The notes: a model not told the origin generated them from the letters alone. A DNA stretch of 62,022 bases, filler included, from Sphacelaria rigidula (GCA_964200075.2; 7 parts of 7 records of this genome joined end to end with filler, not necessarily neighbours in it), one strand, 5' to 3'. Positions 25,001-38,367 are shown, numbered from the whole stretch's first letter. A program made the numbers and translations.

Positions 25001-26371
25001 GTCGTGGAGGCGCAGGAGAAGGAGCGAGTAAGGGATTCGTGGATAGATGGTCTCGTGAGTGTTTCAGCAACAGTGTAGGCTGGCTATATTCTCCACCCCC
25101 GGCCCCTTAAATAGGCTTAGGTTGCCGTGGTGCGGCCAAGGGTAGGTGCAGTTACAGTTTGGGGCGGTCTTGACGTCGTGTTTCGCGAGGAAGCGCACCT
25201 GCGAAGACTACCTGAGGCAGTGGTAGTTTTTCGCAGTCCAGCTTTTGCGCCCCCACCGCTTTGGACATTGTGGCATACATGGAAAATGCACTTCTCCATC
25301 GTTGCTTTTCTGCTGTCACACTTTGAAAAACCAGCAGGTCTCGAGGCGACTGTGAAAACGACGAAGTCGAAGACGTCCCCGGCACGTTCTTGGAGCTGCT
25401 AGCGGCATCTAGCGAGGAAACGGGGGCGTGCTTCAACCTCGAACCGCTGGCGGAGTGTTTCGCCGCGGCGTCATTAGACGACAGGGTAGTCGTGTTCGGA
25501 TGGGTTGGACTTGGGCAACAAGATTGCCTGAAGTGAGTAGTACAGTCTCCGGACGCCGACTTCTGGCGGTATGGAGGTTCTTACGCGCGCCAACATCATA
25601 AAAATACGTGAACACCCGGACAACAGATGACACGGGCATATGCCACCACTGACTCCTTCACTCGTTCGCGCATGGTTTCGGTTGCCCCTACCCCACCACG
25701 TGTGGGAGCTGTGTCATTCGAAGGTTCAATCACTTTTACGAATCGAGCAAATAAGATACTCTTTTTTTTCTTTAACTATTTCAACCGCTCCTCTTCCTCG
25801 GGACGAACGCATGGTCTCAACAGACCAACCCATATCTCCCCCGGTGCATGCCTTGCATTTAGGTACCGCGGACTAGATCATGACCATCAGCCCTCCCGCA
25901 CTGCGCCGAATCTGGTGAAATAAAGCGTCCATGCTACTACGCACGCTCTCACGTTTTCAAGGACGGAAATCAGCAATACTTTTCAGAAGAAGAAAAAAAA
26001 CGGTTATCCCGAGAATCGAACCCACACTCCGACCTGAGTGGTTTTACCTGTACCGATTACACCACCAGGGCGCGGTGGCAAATGCTGAAGGAATGCAATC
26101 GGCGCGACGTTGACAAACATCAACACGTCCCGAACATCGTGCACCGAAGTTGTCGGTAAGGGAAGTCACGGATATCTGTGACACATGCGTACTCCCGCCT
26201 ATGCTCGAACCGTTCTCGCTTGCCGCGCAGGTCGGGTTCACCTACGGCACAGTTGATGCTGGATTCGGTGGCTTTTTGTAGCACGCGGAATGGAGGTTGC
26301 ATCATAGCTCTAGCCACATGCGACAGGTTTGTTGCTGTGGCCGAGTTCCTTCATTCTGTCTCAGTATATAG
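19011..26371 (+). CDS. Divergent DDB1-like (DDB1/CPSF1/SF3B3-family) triple beta-propeller protein, multi-exon, incomplete at both ends
   Basis: GT-AG exons ~19011-19280, 19601-20079, 20245-20513, 21014-21152, ~21433-22231, 22425-22779, 23061-23878, 24087-24994, 25338-25532 and 26231-26371 splice in phase without stops. Motifs are collinear with DDB1: EEDLLLAVT, GGLLCAGPDGV, EFLTADCTGHLH, NGLVLAAAHSPNSARLVKV, GLLVQTTEDAVVVID, STGFWD..ALPSL, LVAGGADG..VGHGP, AASLDDRVVVFGW, FVAVAEFLHSVSVY. Confidence 0.8.
26002..26072 (-). ncRNA. tRNA-like Pol III head (box A/box B) followed by T8; SINE-head fragment
   Basis: Minus strand GCCCTGGTGGTGTAATCGG...GTGGGTTCGATTCTCGG then TTTTTTTT. Resembles the SINE head at 16219. 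No full cloverleaf. Confidence 0.5.
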
Positions 26372-27190
26372 GTGAGAGTTGATCCTGATCTCTTTGACAC
26401 GCGGATGTTTGCTGCTGAGTCATGCTACGATAGGGGGGGGGGGGGGGGGGGTGTTCATTTTGTTTTTTTTTTTATGGTTTTTCTCATCACCGCCCGCCCT
26501 TTTTTTAAGGTTTTTTTTTTTTATTTNNNNNNNNNNNNNNNNNNNNNNNNNNNNNNNNNNNNNNNNNNNNTTAATTAATTAANNNNNNNNNNNNNNNNNN
26601 NNNNNNNNNNNNNNNNNNNNNNNNNNCCAGTGGATTCTGGAGAAGTCCCTCACTGAATAGCCCTCTTGTCCAGATCGTCTGGCAGAGGCTATAGTTTGTA
26701 CTTCGACAAGCTTCATGGAAAGACGAAAGTACCTCTATCCAAGGACAGATCTGAAAACAGGGTTACCAGAGACATTCGTGCGTTTTTCGAACCGGAAATG
26801 TCAGTATCGCACAAATGGCCTCGGTACGAAATAACAGCCTGGAATACATGAGTGTCGCAAAATTTGCCAAATTGTCTGCAACGAAATAATCGAGTCACAG
26901 TATATCACTTCCCGTGGGCGGCATCGCGCCCGTATCGTACAAAATCCCCTCTTCATTACTCTGTTTTAGAGTGCATTTTGTCCCTGGGTCGCAGCCAAAG
27001 ACTAACTACTGTGTACCGAGCTAGGGATCTCGATGTAATTGTGAGAAGAAATCAAGCGAAAACGGCACCATGTTGGGGACTCGATCTTCGTGCAGTGCTC
27101 TAATTAGACCCACCGTAAAGCAGGTGTTTGGTGCTCAATTCGCCCTACAGCACTAGCAGAGGGGTGCTGAGTTATGTCCGTTACTACCTC

Positions 27191-27243
<53 letters not shown>

Positions 27244-27446
27244 GGGTCTTATCCTTCCCTCCCCTGAAAAACGAATCGCTTTGACGGTTCAAAAATACTT
27301 TTTTCTCGATAAGCCACCGATCTTCCTGACCAATTGAAGCAGACGCTTGAAACCCTGGAGAATATCGAAATGAGGGTATATGGGGTTTGAGCTATGATAC
27401 GAATATCCTCGGCCAACTCAACCCGTAACTCCAAGCCACAACCTCA

Positions 27447-28050
27447 CTAGTAGGGCCTAAACAAGTCCCTGATAATTTCATAAATCAAAACCCATGACTT
27501 CCACACCATTTTGAGTTCAAATTTCAGGTCCAAGTCATCTTCAGGAGCTTCCTTTAACCTTGCTTGACGAGTTTTCTTCAACAATGCCGCTCTTGCCAAG
27601 GCTTGTTCTTCATCATACTCTCCGACCGCTCTCTTCGACGTTCTCGAGCGCACCGCTGACTCGCTTTTCCCTGCACCTTTCGCCGACATTTTGAGCACTA
27701 CCGAAGCCTTCTCCATTCCTTTCTTATCCGCAACTTGAGATTTTCTCCGCGCGGACGAACTAGCTCTATCGAAGGAATAGGCTCCCACAGCATAGCTATT
27801 TCTTTTGCTCTGGCCAGCGGTCGAAGCAGCAGAAGCCTTCGGGAATTCTGTGGATAATTTTCGCTGTTTTGATGACTTCTTCGCTGCCTGCACGGAATCT
27901 TGCAAAGTCTTGGTCGCCCTGTCCGCCCTGTTTGTGTAATTCATGTAAGGAGTGATGAAGACGTTTGTAGATCGTGGTGCAGTGGAGACGCAACGAGGGA
28001 CTTGACAGCCACTTTTGAGTTTCGCATCTTCACGATAGAAAGCGTATGAC
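27447..28050 (-). CDS. Probable coding exon, basic Ser/Lys/Ala-rich protein of unknown function
   Basis: Part of a 266-codon ORF with protein-like helical end (EYDEEQALARAALLKKTRQARLKE). No family recognised; boundaries uncertain. Confidence 0.45.
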
Positions 28051-29514
28051 TTTTCACTAGTCGAAGAAATAATCACGAACAGTGAGAGGACGATAGTATG
28101 CTCCGACAAAAAACTGGCCAAATACCGTGAGGGCTCCGTCTGTGTCCTGGTTGCTGCGTCGAACTCCGTGAATGTGGTGTAATGCAGTGAGCAGCACACA
28201 CAGGTGACCGATGTAAATAATGGCCCTCCCAAGGGAGACCGGGTCACTTAGCAAGCTGCCTCATGAACGATATATAAATAGAAGGTTCCCCTTCGGGAGG
28301 TTGGTACGGGGCTCCCGGGGGTGACGCAAGTCGAAAATATATGTTTGAGAGAGGCTGTTGTATCTCAAGGTCCAGTGAGAGATCGTGGCTGTACAAAACA
28401 TCGCGAACGTTATCGGATGTCGTTAGGAAATATGGGAATTCGGACGGAGGCCGACGGCGGAACCGCCGGCGTTGGACATATGTGGTATTTCCGAGCTGCT
28501 CAAGTGCGAAGTAGTTTTCGTGGCACGAAGACTTGACAGCGGGAGGTACTCCCGAGAAATTGAAATGCGTGGAATATCCTTGACATGTTCTTTGTAGATC
28601 ACTGTGGCTTCCACATCACCGGGCCTCTTTCTGAAACAGGGTGATTGTTTTTGCGGCAAGACATTCCTGTGCTGCTGTGCCTTGTTCAACTCGCCAACGG
28701 CCCATGACACGGTCCTGTGTTTGCTGCCGACTAAGGCCAAGGCAATGTTCAATTATTTTCAACTGATTTGCTCTCATGTTCTTGTGACATTGGCGGCATA
28801 GCCGGTGTGTTCGTGCTCTCAAACGAACGAGAACGCGAGAAGGAGGAACACGGGGAAACCACAACCCACCAAAAGTAATCCTGTGTGAGGATTTCCATGA
28901 CCTTCAACAGGCTTTTATTGTAGTCCGGGTTCTCGTTTCAAGTTTTCCATGATCTTGAAAGGCTTTTGTGGTTCGGGATCGACACCCCGCGAAAAAGGGC
29001 CAGTTTGAGCGACTTTCGGTGGCCAGAACACGCGCCACAGGTATCAGATAGCGCCCAAACCTGAACGGTAATGTACCGCTGGGCCTTCTCAGTGCGCTGA
29101 AAAACAAAGGGCGGGAAGGAATGCCTTGCTAACAGAGAAAAAAAACTCGGCAATAGTGGTGAAAAATGTGAAATGATACATGTACATATAACTGAGTGGG
29201 ATGTTTTAGTGCAGGTTACCGTTCACCAAGCACAAGTTCCGACTCACGAACCGCAGCAACGTTTGATGTTGTGAAACGTGACAGTTTGCATGTACGGTCC
29301 ACCAAGCGCACACGCACGGAAAAATAACGCAAGAAACAGACAGAAAGCTCGGAGCAAAAAAGAAAAAGGAAGAAATCAAGAGCAAAAGAGTAGCCGTGGT
29401 CGGGGACGCTAACTTTGGTGACTGCGATGGATTTTGCGCAGCTCAGGGTACAAAACGCAACGTGAACACGAAGCGAGAAAAGAGGTCATAGAAAACCGGC
29501 GACGAACACTCACT

Positions 29515-29785
29515 TCTCGTATGAAAACTGATCGGCGTTGGAGAGGTCCCCGGCCGCGTTCCGCTTCACTGTGTCAGCGATGTCATCCTCCGCCAGGCGG
29601 ACTTCCGGGTGGAGCTCCAACTCGGTATCCTTGACACGCGGCCTTCTTTCGAGTTCAGCTAAAACGTCGGGCATCTGTGGCTCGTCGCTTTGCGAGATAA
29701 TCATCTCGTGCCCGTCGCTGCTCATTCGGACCCTGCTTCCTGCCGCTTCGATCGGGCTTTTTTGCTGTCACAGACACATCACGAT

Positions 29786-29822
<37 letters not shown>

Positions 29823-30778
29823 CAAGCGAGAGCAACGACGTCAGTGACCATTACGCGAAAAAGTAATGCAACGACCGTGATATTTCAAGCATTTTATAAT
29901 CTGGATACGTCCATCTCTTGAGTCGATCATCATTCAGTTGCCAAAGGCGTCACTGGCAGGCTCACGTGTCCTATCAACTCTTCGGACGCGAAAACGATTA
30001 ACGTCGGCTCTGTGTTGCCCAGGCATAAAGCAAGTCTTCGTTGCGATCAACAAAGAAAGTATCAGCATGCTGCTTCACCATTTGCCTTGAGGCGTCGTCT
30101 ACGGTTGCTCCCAAACGTCGGGTACTTTCGTATTTGTACAGATGATGCTGCGGAAGGTGAGCACTCTATCTTTCCGTGCAGCAATAGTGCATAGGATACA
30201 CTGAAATTTGCCATTGGTCGCTAGTACCGAAAGCAGGTGAGAAACCATGCAACCTCGGGTTTCCTGGAGGGGGGTTGGCACACAGTCAACCCTTCCCCAT
30301 CCTCTGGAGGAGTCCGTACTCTCATCATCTCAAGGGATGAGTCCATCTCTGCAAATAGACGCCTTGCGATTTGGAATCGCGGACTAGACTAGCACTCTCA
30401 TATCACGTGAACTCTCGTCCGATTTATTCATTTGCCAGCCACATTCTCAGGCTTGCAACAGGAATCAGATACAGCACAATACCTGCCATGCTCTGTTGTG
30501 TTGTCAGTCTGGGCGAGATATAGCACGACTGATCTCTCATCAGCCCGAGCACTGAGCAGTGCAACACAAAAAAAGGTGTATAGCGCCACCAGATGTTCGT
30601 GTTTCGAGAACTGGACGGACAAAATCGACTCTTGCGCACACACCGGCTTGATGTACTGTTCGTACGTGCGATCTTCCGGGTCCACTTCGAAATGCATGAG
30701 ATTCATGGTGCTGAGAAGCGGGTCATCGCGCATTTCTTGGTCGCTTTTGCCGAGCTCCGCTTGCACCGCTCTCATCAC
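29515..30778 (-). CDS. Two probable internal exons (~30644-30778 and ~29515-29764) of an unidentified gene
   Basis: CAG|VMRAVQAELGKSDQEMRDDPLL...YEQYIKP|GT splices in phase to CAG|QKSPIEAAG...ADQFSYE|GTGAGT. Confidence 0.5.
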
Positions 30779-31669
30779 CTGCTTGCGCAGCAACAACAGG
30801 GTGAACAAATATACGAGAACGCGAAACGAAGGAATGGATCCCCCGCAATGACGGTCATACTGCTCAAGTCAGCCGTGGTTCTTTTTTCGGAATGATTTCA
30901 TTCATATCAATCGAGTAACTTCGAACCGACAAGAAAACACACGAGCACACGCCATTTTTACTATGCATGCAACCGATTGCCCCGGTCGCTGAGTTGTTAA
31001 CTTCGAAATCTTCTGACGGTTCGGACATGGCTTCGAATCTTGCAGGAGTCACATGATCTGGGATTTGTCTCACATTATGCCCAACAAGAAACAAGTAGAT
31101 GACGTGAGTACACAAGTTTCGACTTCACGGTCGATGAGGAAAGGGGACGACTGAACCCTTCTTGCGATACAAAGGAAGGTAAGCAGCGCAGAAGGAAGGT
31201 GGAGTTTTGAAATAAACATGAAACATAAAACAGAACTCCCTTGTGTGACCTTCCTCGCGTGTGATCCCGGCTGATGCGCCTACATAAAACGGAAGATGTG
31301 GACCGGCGTCCAGAATAGATGGGATAAGACACACACGTGAGGATGTTTAGTCATTGAAGACCGCAAAACAAAGCGAAGCAGGGCAGTCATGAGAACCCAA
31401 AAAAAAATACGCCCACCACGGAGAGAACAGTTGCGACTCTACAACCCACCACACACGAGAAAGTCATGAGCTTCTTTTATTGAGGAAGAGCGCGCGAATA
31501 CGACACAGCCCGAAGCACGCAATCCCAATCGACGACCGCGGCCGATCACGAAGGAAGAAGTGAGGCACATGTCATCGTGCAACGTACATGTGGACTGTTA
31601 AGTCAGGGGAAGATGTGAAGGTCATAGCATAGCCAACACAAGTAGAGAGGTGATTACCTCGACGGACTC

Positions 31670-34600
31670 TTCCCTTCCTCCTGGCCTGCCCTTGCTGGGG
31701 TGGGCCGAGGACCGGCAGTGATCTTAGACCACACACAAAGACCACCAAACCAACGAAGGCGGAGCAGGGAAAGGCAGGGGACACGAGCCCGAGCATCGTG
31801 TCGACGGGGACTCTGAGTTTGGGACGAAAGGAGATACAGGGATCGTGAGACACAGTGTAGCTCGTATCGCACTAAAATTTTCAGATACAACCCCCCTTCC
31901 CCCGACTGCCCATGCTGGGGTGGGCAGAAGTGCGCCGGCGATCTTAGACCATCATATAAAGATCATCCAACGACGGCGGAGACATGAGCCAGAGCCTCGC
32001 ATCGACGAGGATACTAAGTTAGGAAGACAAGAGGCACCACGATCACGAGAGTGGCGTGTGCTTCGTTTCGGAACAACTCAGCGGCGGCATGCAGCTAAAC
32101 GCCAAAGCACCGGTCTGGACACCGGGGCTATGCAGCAGCGGAGAGCGCAGTAGGGACAGCCTAGACGGGAATGGAGGGGCTGCACATCGCGTGGGTACGC
32201 ACACCAGGAGCGAGGAAGGGGTAGAGTCGGACAGAGCAGGAGAGTTGCACCTGCCTGTGATAGAAGACGAGCACCGGGCTAGCAAAAGCCATACAATCCA
32301 AAACGCGATAAAAATAAAACAAACGAACAAGAGCAGAAAAAATAGAAGGAGGGGCCGAGCGAGGCGGAGGCTTGCTAGGAAAGCAGCACCAGTAGCCCGG
32401 GCGAGACAGCGGGGTCAACTTGTTAAGGTAGCCACTTGCAATGTCAGAACTCTAGCTGTGAGAGGGGCCAACGAATGGGAGGGAGACTACAGCGTCTTGT
32501 ACGAGGCTGCGAGACGTAACATCTCGGTGGTAGGACTGCAGGAGACACGGAAAGCGGGGCGAATAGACTGTACAGCAGCAGGGTTCAGAGTCTTCTGCTG
32601 TGGGAGCGAGTCAGGTGGGCAGCACGGAGTGGGAATAGCCGTGAAAGAGTCGATTTGCAATAACGCTACCTATACCACTGAGTACGTTGACGAGCGCCTC
32701 ATGGCAATGCGGTTTGAAATATCGGGACAGAGCGGAGCGATCAATTTCGTAGCTGCGTATGCACCAACTGACGTCGCCCAGAACGAAATGAAGCAAGCGT
32801 TCTGGGATGGACTTGACGACCTCGTACAGCGAATCCCGTTGAAGGAATGTGTGTATGTATTGGTGGATGCCAACGCGCGGACGGGGGACGAAGTAGGAGA
32901 GGGCTTAGAGGACGAAGGGGTTCTAGGCGCCTATTGACGTGATGAATTGAAACGATAACGGCAAACTTCTGCTAAATTTCGCAACCGACAACAAACTAGC
33001 CATCACGAACACCTTCTTCAGTACGCGCAAAGGGGGAGTCTCGTACACAAACAACGGTGTTGCGGGGGATCGCAAGAGCGACCTCAAGCGCATGGACTAC
33101 ATACTCACCCGGCAGGCACACCGAGGTAGAGTGCGCAACGTAGTCGTACACCCCCAACCCGCACCCAAATTCAGAGCGGACTCGGACAACAACATGATGG
33201 TGGCCACTGTCGGCCTCGGTGGCCGCATTGCCCACAACCGCCCAGTACGCACCAAGTCGAAGCAGCGGCAATTCAGTCGACAGCAGCTGCAGACTGAAAT
33301 GGCAACGTGGCACGTGACTGAGAGGTTCCTACATGATCTCGCCGAGCAAAAATACCAGTCAATCACCACCGCACCAGCGGCCGCGAAGGAGTTTAGCGGA
33401 GCTATCCTCGAAGCAGCGCAGACAGTACTCCCGGGAGGCACGGATACCACGCATGCCGGAATGGTGTGAAAACCCCGGCACGAGAGCAACAGTGGAGGCA
33501 GCGCTCGCCAAACGACGGGAGGCACGCCGACTGATGAAGCATCACCGGACCCCAGCATCGTGGAAAGCACTCAGAGCCGTGTGTAAGAACGTGCGTACAG
33601 CAATAGATCACGGCATCCATGCACATCTGGAGAGGTATGTGGCAAGGCTAGAGGCGATCTACAAGGATCGCGACATGAGACGCCTGTACAAACACCTCAA
33701 GAGATCGGTGGGTCTTGGTAGCAATTAATCCGGGGGCACAGTTCATAGAGGACGAGAAGGGCGTCCTACTGAGGAACAAAATTGCCATCCTGAAACGGTG
33801 GGCGACATTCTTCCACACCCTGCTCAACGCCAAGTCGCCCACGCTGAAACCAGACATCATCGAGGAGGTGAAGCAGCGACCGGCAACGTCAACCACCGGG
33901 GATTCAGTACCGCTCGGGGCAGCACCAACACTGGAGGAAACCACACGAGCAGTCCGGGGGATGCACAACTGGAAAGCGTCAGGATACAACTCCCTTCCTG
34001 TGGAGCTACTCAAGATCGACGGCCGCGCCGAGCCCATCGTCCTCAAACGCTTCCATACCATTCTCGTCGAGGTGTGGTACGGAGGGGAGATCCCGCAGCA
34101 GTGGAAAGATGCAACCATCAAGGTGCTGTACAAGACTTTGGATAGGTCCAACTGCAGCAACTACAGGGGGATCTCTTTGGAATCGCCATCAGGAAAAGTG
34201 CTCCTGAAGATAGTGGCCAACCGCCTGAGCGACTACTGCAAATCGCACGGGGTATTACCGGAGGAACAGTGCGGCTTCCGACCTGACCGATCCACTGTCG
34301 ACATGCTGTTCGTAGTGCGCCGACTCCAGCTGGGACGGCGACGGAGAATACCGCTGTACATGTGCTTCGTGGCAGGTACTGGTCTAAGCTGGTATTCCGA
34401 ATAAGATTATAGCAGTTATCCGCCAATTCCACGACGGTACGCAGGCCCGCGTAGGCATGAACGACGGGGAGCTCTCGGAGTGGTTTGAAGTCGCACAATG
34501 ACTGCGACAAAAACGTGTACTGTCTCCCCTGCTGTTCAACATCTTTTTCGCGGCAGTGCTCGAGATAGTCTTCATGCGATTCAGCGNNNNNNNNNNATCA

Positions 34601-35400
34601 TCAAGGACATGGTATATCTCGACGAGGAGACGGGGACGGAGGCGGAGACACCGCTGGAACGCGTACGCAGAGCGGTGTGGGGAATGCTGTATGCCGACGA
34701 TGCCGGCGTCATCTCGAGATCCCCCGACGGACTGACGAGGATGATGACCATCATCGTGGACGTGTTTGGGGCCTTTGGACTGACCGTGTCGGAGAAGATG
34801 GAGACCCTCTTGATGCGAGCGCCGAGGCAAGCACCAAAGAAGGGGGAGTCACCAACACCATCTCCTCCACCGCTGATCATCGAAGCAGCGGGCCAAAAAC
34901 CTGTCCGGAAAAGAAGTTTCCGATACTTTGGCGGGCTCGTCAACGAAGAGGGTGAACTCAAGCAAGAGATCAACAATCGGAGCAGAGCAGCGGGGGCGTG
35001 CATCAGGAAGTTCTCCGGGGAGCTCTTTGACCGACCGAAAGCACCATGGAGACTCAAGGTCCGACTGCTGAAAGCGGAGGCGATGGAGGCCCTACTATAC
35101 GGGTGCATGACGTGGGCCCCGCGCCGCGAACACTACGAATTGCTGAGAAAGGTGCACTACCGGCTCCTCCTGCGAGTCATCGGGTACCGCCGAGTGCGCG
35201 GCACATACCGACAGCTGTCGTATGCACAGGCCCTCAAAAATGCTGGATGCCAAAGTGTCGAAGCCACCATCCGCCAACGACGACTGCTGTTCGCGGGAGC
35301 CTTGGCTAGACATCCGGACGGACGACTACCGAAGCGAATAGCATTCGGAACACTAGTCGGGGGGGGGGGGGGGGGGAGGCGGAACGAGGGAGCGCGCACA
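31670..35400 (+). mobile_element. RTE-like non-LTR retrotransposon (APE endonuclease + RT), frameshifted, cut by contig end
   Basis: Endonuclease: [94 protein letters not shown]. Single-ORF organisation. Confidence 0.92.
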
Positions 35401-36459
35401 NNNNNNNNNNNNNNNNNNNNNNNNNNNNNNNNNNNNNNNNNNNNTTAATTAATTAANNNNNNNNNNNNNNNNNNNNNNNNNNNNNNNNNNNNNNNNNNNN
35501 GAAGGGGGACAGGGGGGGGGGGGTGGGGGTGGATGGGGGGAAGATCCGTGGCGGTGCAGGTGATGAGCACTAACGAACAAATCAAATAGGCTGTTCAAGA
35601 TACGCGAGAAAAAGGAAAACAGAGGCTTCCAAGATTGTCTTTTGTAGGGTACTATTCTTTGTACGCCCGAGGCATTTATCCGGGTATCACCCGTACCTGA
35701 CAGTTGCGTGATATCTGTGCGGAGTGTTTACCCTCGCGCATGATACGGATATACCCTTGTAGAAATACTCAGTTGCGGGTAAGGGTTTTTGTACCACGTC
35801 CATACCGTACCCGGCAATCCTGTACATTTTGCACACCCTGGACAATATATGGTCAATAGTTGCAACAGACGACAAGTGTGCTGCATTAAGAATAGGCCTA
35901 TTGCGACTATTGCCGGCCGACAATAGTTGCAATAGGCCTTTACTATATGCGGTACGTTTCTTGTCTATTGCATCTATTGACCATATATTGTCCAAGGTGT
36001 AAAATTTTGTTGAAAAAAAAAATGTCACGCTACCGAACATACCCGTACCCTGCAGGACACAACCTTGAAAACTTCGACCGAAACAACAATTTTGGAAAAA
36101 CAAAGTAGAGTACGGAAACAAGCACTGGTTATGCTTCCTTCGCCAGTACATTTATTCTGAGAATATCTGATGTGTAAAAAAGCACAAAAAAAAAACAATA
36201 ACAGAAAAAAGGCATGAATAGATGACAGCAATACATGTATACATTATATATATATATAAAGATGGAGGAAGATCGGCTGAGAGAGGGAACACTCGTGAAA
36301 AAAGACGGAAGTCAGTTCACCACTTGATCGATTGACTCTTTCAACATTCTTCTCGGAAATACATGAATCTCGAACGAACGCTCACCCTAACCCTAAGAGG
36401 GGACCCAAAGAAATGTACGTAACCAATGATTGGTACAGACCTTGACCGAAAAGGCACGT

Positions 36460-36810
36460 TGAAGGCGTGCCCAAGGCAAATGGATGAGGGCCCGCCGCAG
36501 GCAAAAAAAATGGGGGTCAGGCAACAACCAAGGCATGCCCGACACGCAATTTCACGCTTGACAAATCAAATCCATGCCTGAGATGCCTTAGTTTTTGGAT
36601 TTCATTTGCCTTGGATTTGCCTTAGACAACCTCCCTGGCATCCCGACGAATTGGAGTTGGCGTCGTCTTTCGTGCGCCTCACTTCCATTCTTCGTTGTAG
36701 TATATGTGTTTACCTCGTCCAAACAAGGCATCTCAGGCGCCATACCCCCTCTCAGGCAGCTCCTTTCTGAGAAGGGGCTCTAGGGCAAAAAGTAAGGCAT
36801 GCCTTAGAGG
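36460..36810. repeat. AAGGCA/TGCCTT-rich foldback repeat
   Basis: CCAAGGCAAATG vs CATTTGCCTTGG; GCCTGAGATGCCTT vs AAGGCATCTCAGGC. Confidence 0.55.
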
Positions 36811-38014
36811 CCAGGGCCTAGGTTGTTACGATGGAGATACCGCCAACCCCAACGCTAACCCCAACCCCAACACAAGGCATACCGAGAACTCTCCGGTGAG
36901 GGGGGGTGCAAATAATTATCTACGTAAGTGTGGCATTGGTGGACCTCAAATCGGTGCATGCGGCCCCGCGTATACAAAAACGCATCCTACGCATGCTAGA
37001 AGCGCTTTCGGACTGTCAGCCCCACTAAAGATCCGAATATCAGTGTTCAGACTCGAGAAGTAATGAAATTCCCGGAAAGTTCTCACAGACCAATTGGTAA
37101 ACTCTACTGACAACACGGCACTCATTCATTACATCGCGTTCGTAGTTCCGTTGCAGTGATTGTCAGCAGCAGGCATCTACCTCTTCTGCCATGCGGCGCA
37201 TTAAAAAATTACGCGGAAACGCCTACATGAGAAGCAAAAGGATGACCAAAATAAAAAACTTGACCAATGAAGCCCGCCGTCCGTTTTGAAGCAAATTTTC
37301 GTTCACGGGTATATTGCGTCGAAGAAGAAGTCGCCGAGAGACTTGATTTCCCTTTTTCCCCCCGTTTTTTTGTGATTTCTGGAGCACATCGCAAATACGT
37401 ATTTCGAGTGAATAAAATAACTCCTCCACAGAAACGCATTTTTCTTTTACGAATACATGAAAGAAACAAAATACATGCTTCGAAACTTCCAGATTTTTTC
37501 CCCACAAAAGATACAATTTGTTGTTCAGGGCAGAAGCACGAAAGCGACACAAAGCCGACCAAGCAACAATGGATATTGAAGGATGATTGAAACATTTCTC
37601 AAATCACATATACTATTTAGGCCACCGTATGATGAAGTCTCCTTTCCTCGCTTTGAACCAAACAAAAAACAAGCTCCCGTCTCTCACCTATTTCGGCGAC
37701 CACCACCGCTCTGCCCACCACACCCCCTCCCGACAAAAGACGATGCTCCGTGTTGGGAGTGCCCCAAAAACACGCCTCCACTTTCTGCAGCCGAGCCAGG
37801 TCTGCCGCACGTTGGCCGCCAGTTCATCGTGGATAATGACACTCCAGCGACACCATGATGGCTTTGACGATATTGATGATGATGATGATGTTGTCGCCGT
37901 TCCCTCGGCAATCCTCGTCCATTCCACCCGCTGCCTTTGGCGGCCGCTCTGGGGATCATTGCCGTAATGTGTGCGCGGCGAATACAAACATACATTGATT
38001 GATTTGATTGATTA

Positions 38015-38240
38015 TCTCACATTAGCTGATTGCAACAATCCAGCCCGTGGTCAGGACCAGCAAAAATAGAACAGAAAAAATAAATAAAAGGACAACAAAA
38101 GAAAGAAAGGAAGAGAAAACCGACAGAAGCAACGGCCTCAGGAAGGAAAGAAAGGGGGCAGCGATAACAACAAAAACCACCACCACCACGAACAACAACA
38201 ACAACAACAACAAACAACAACAGGAACACATACATGTGAT
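38015..38240 (+). repeat. A-rich dispersed repeat; second copy on minus strand at ~59985-60265
   Basis: Shared GACAGAAGCA.CGGCCTCAG.AAGGAAAGAAAGGGGGCAGCGATAACAACAAAAA and TAGCTGATTGCAACA.TCCAGC.CGT. Confidence 0.85.
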
Positions 38241-38367
38241 ACATACACTGTTACGTTAAACCAGAATGAGAATTTGCTCTCTAGTTCATGAAGATCAAAC
38301 AAGTGTGCCGAGGTGTGGGGAGGCAGGCCACATTATGAACGGGAAAAATAATCAGGCGAGAGCGATG

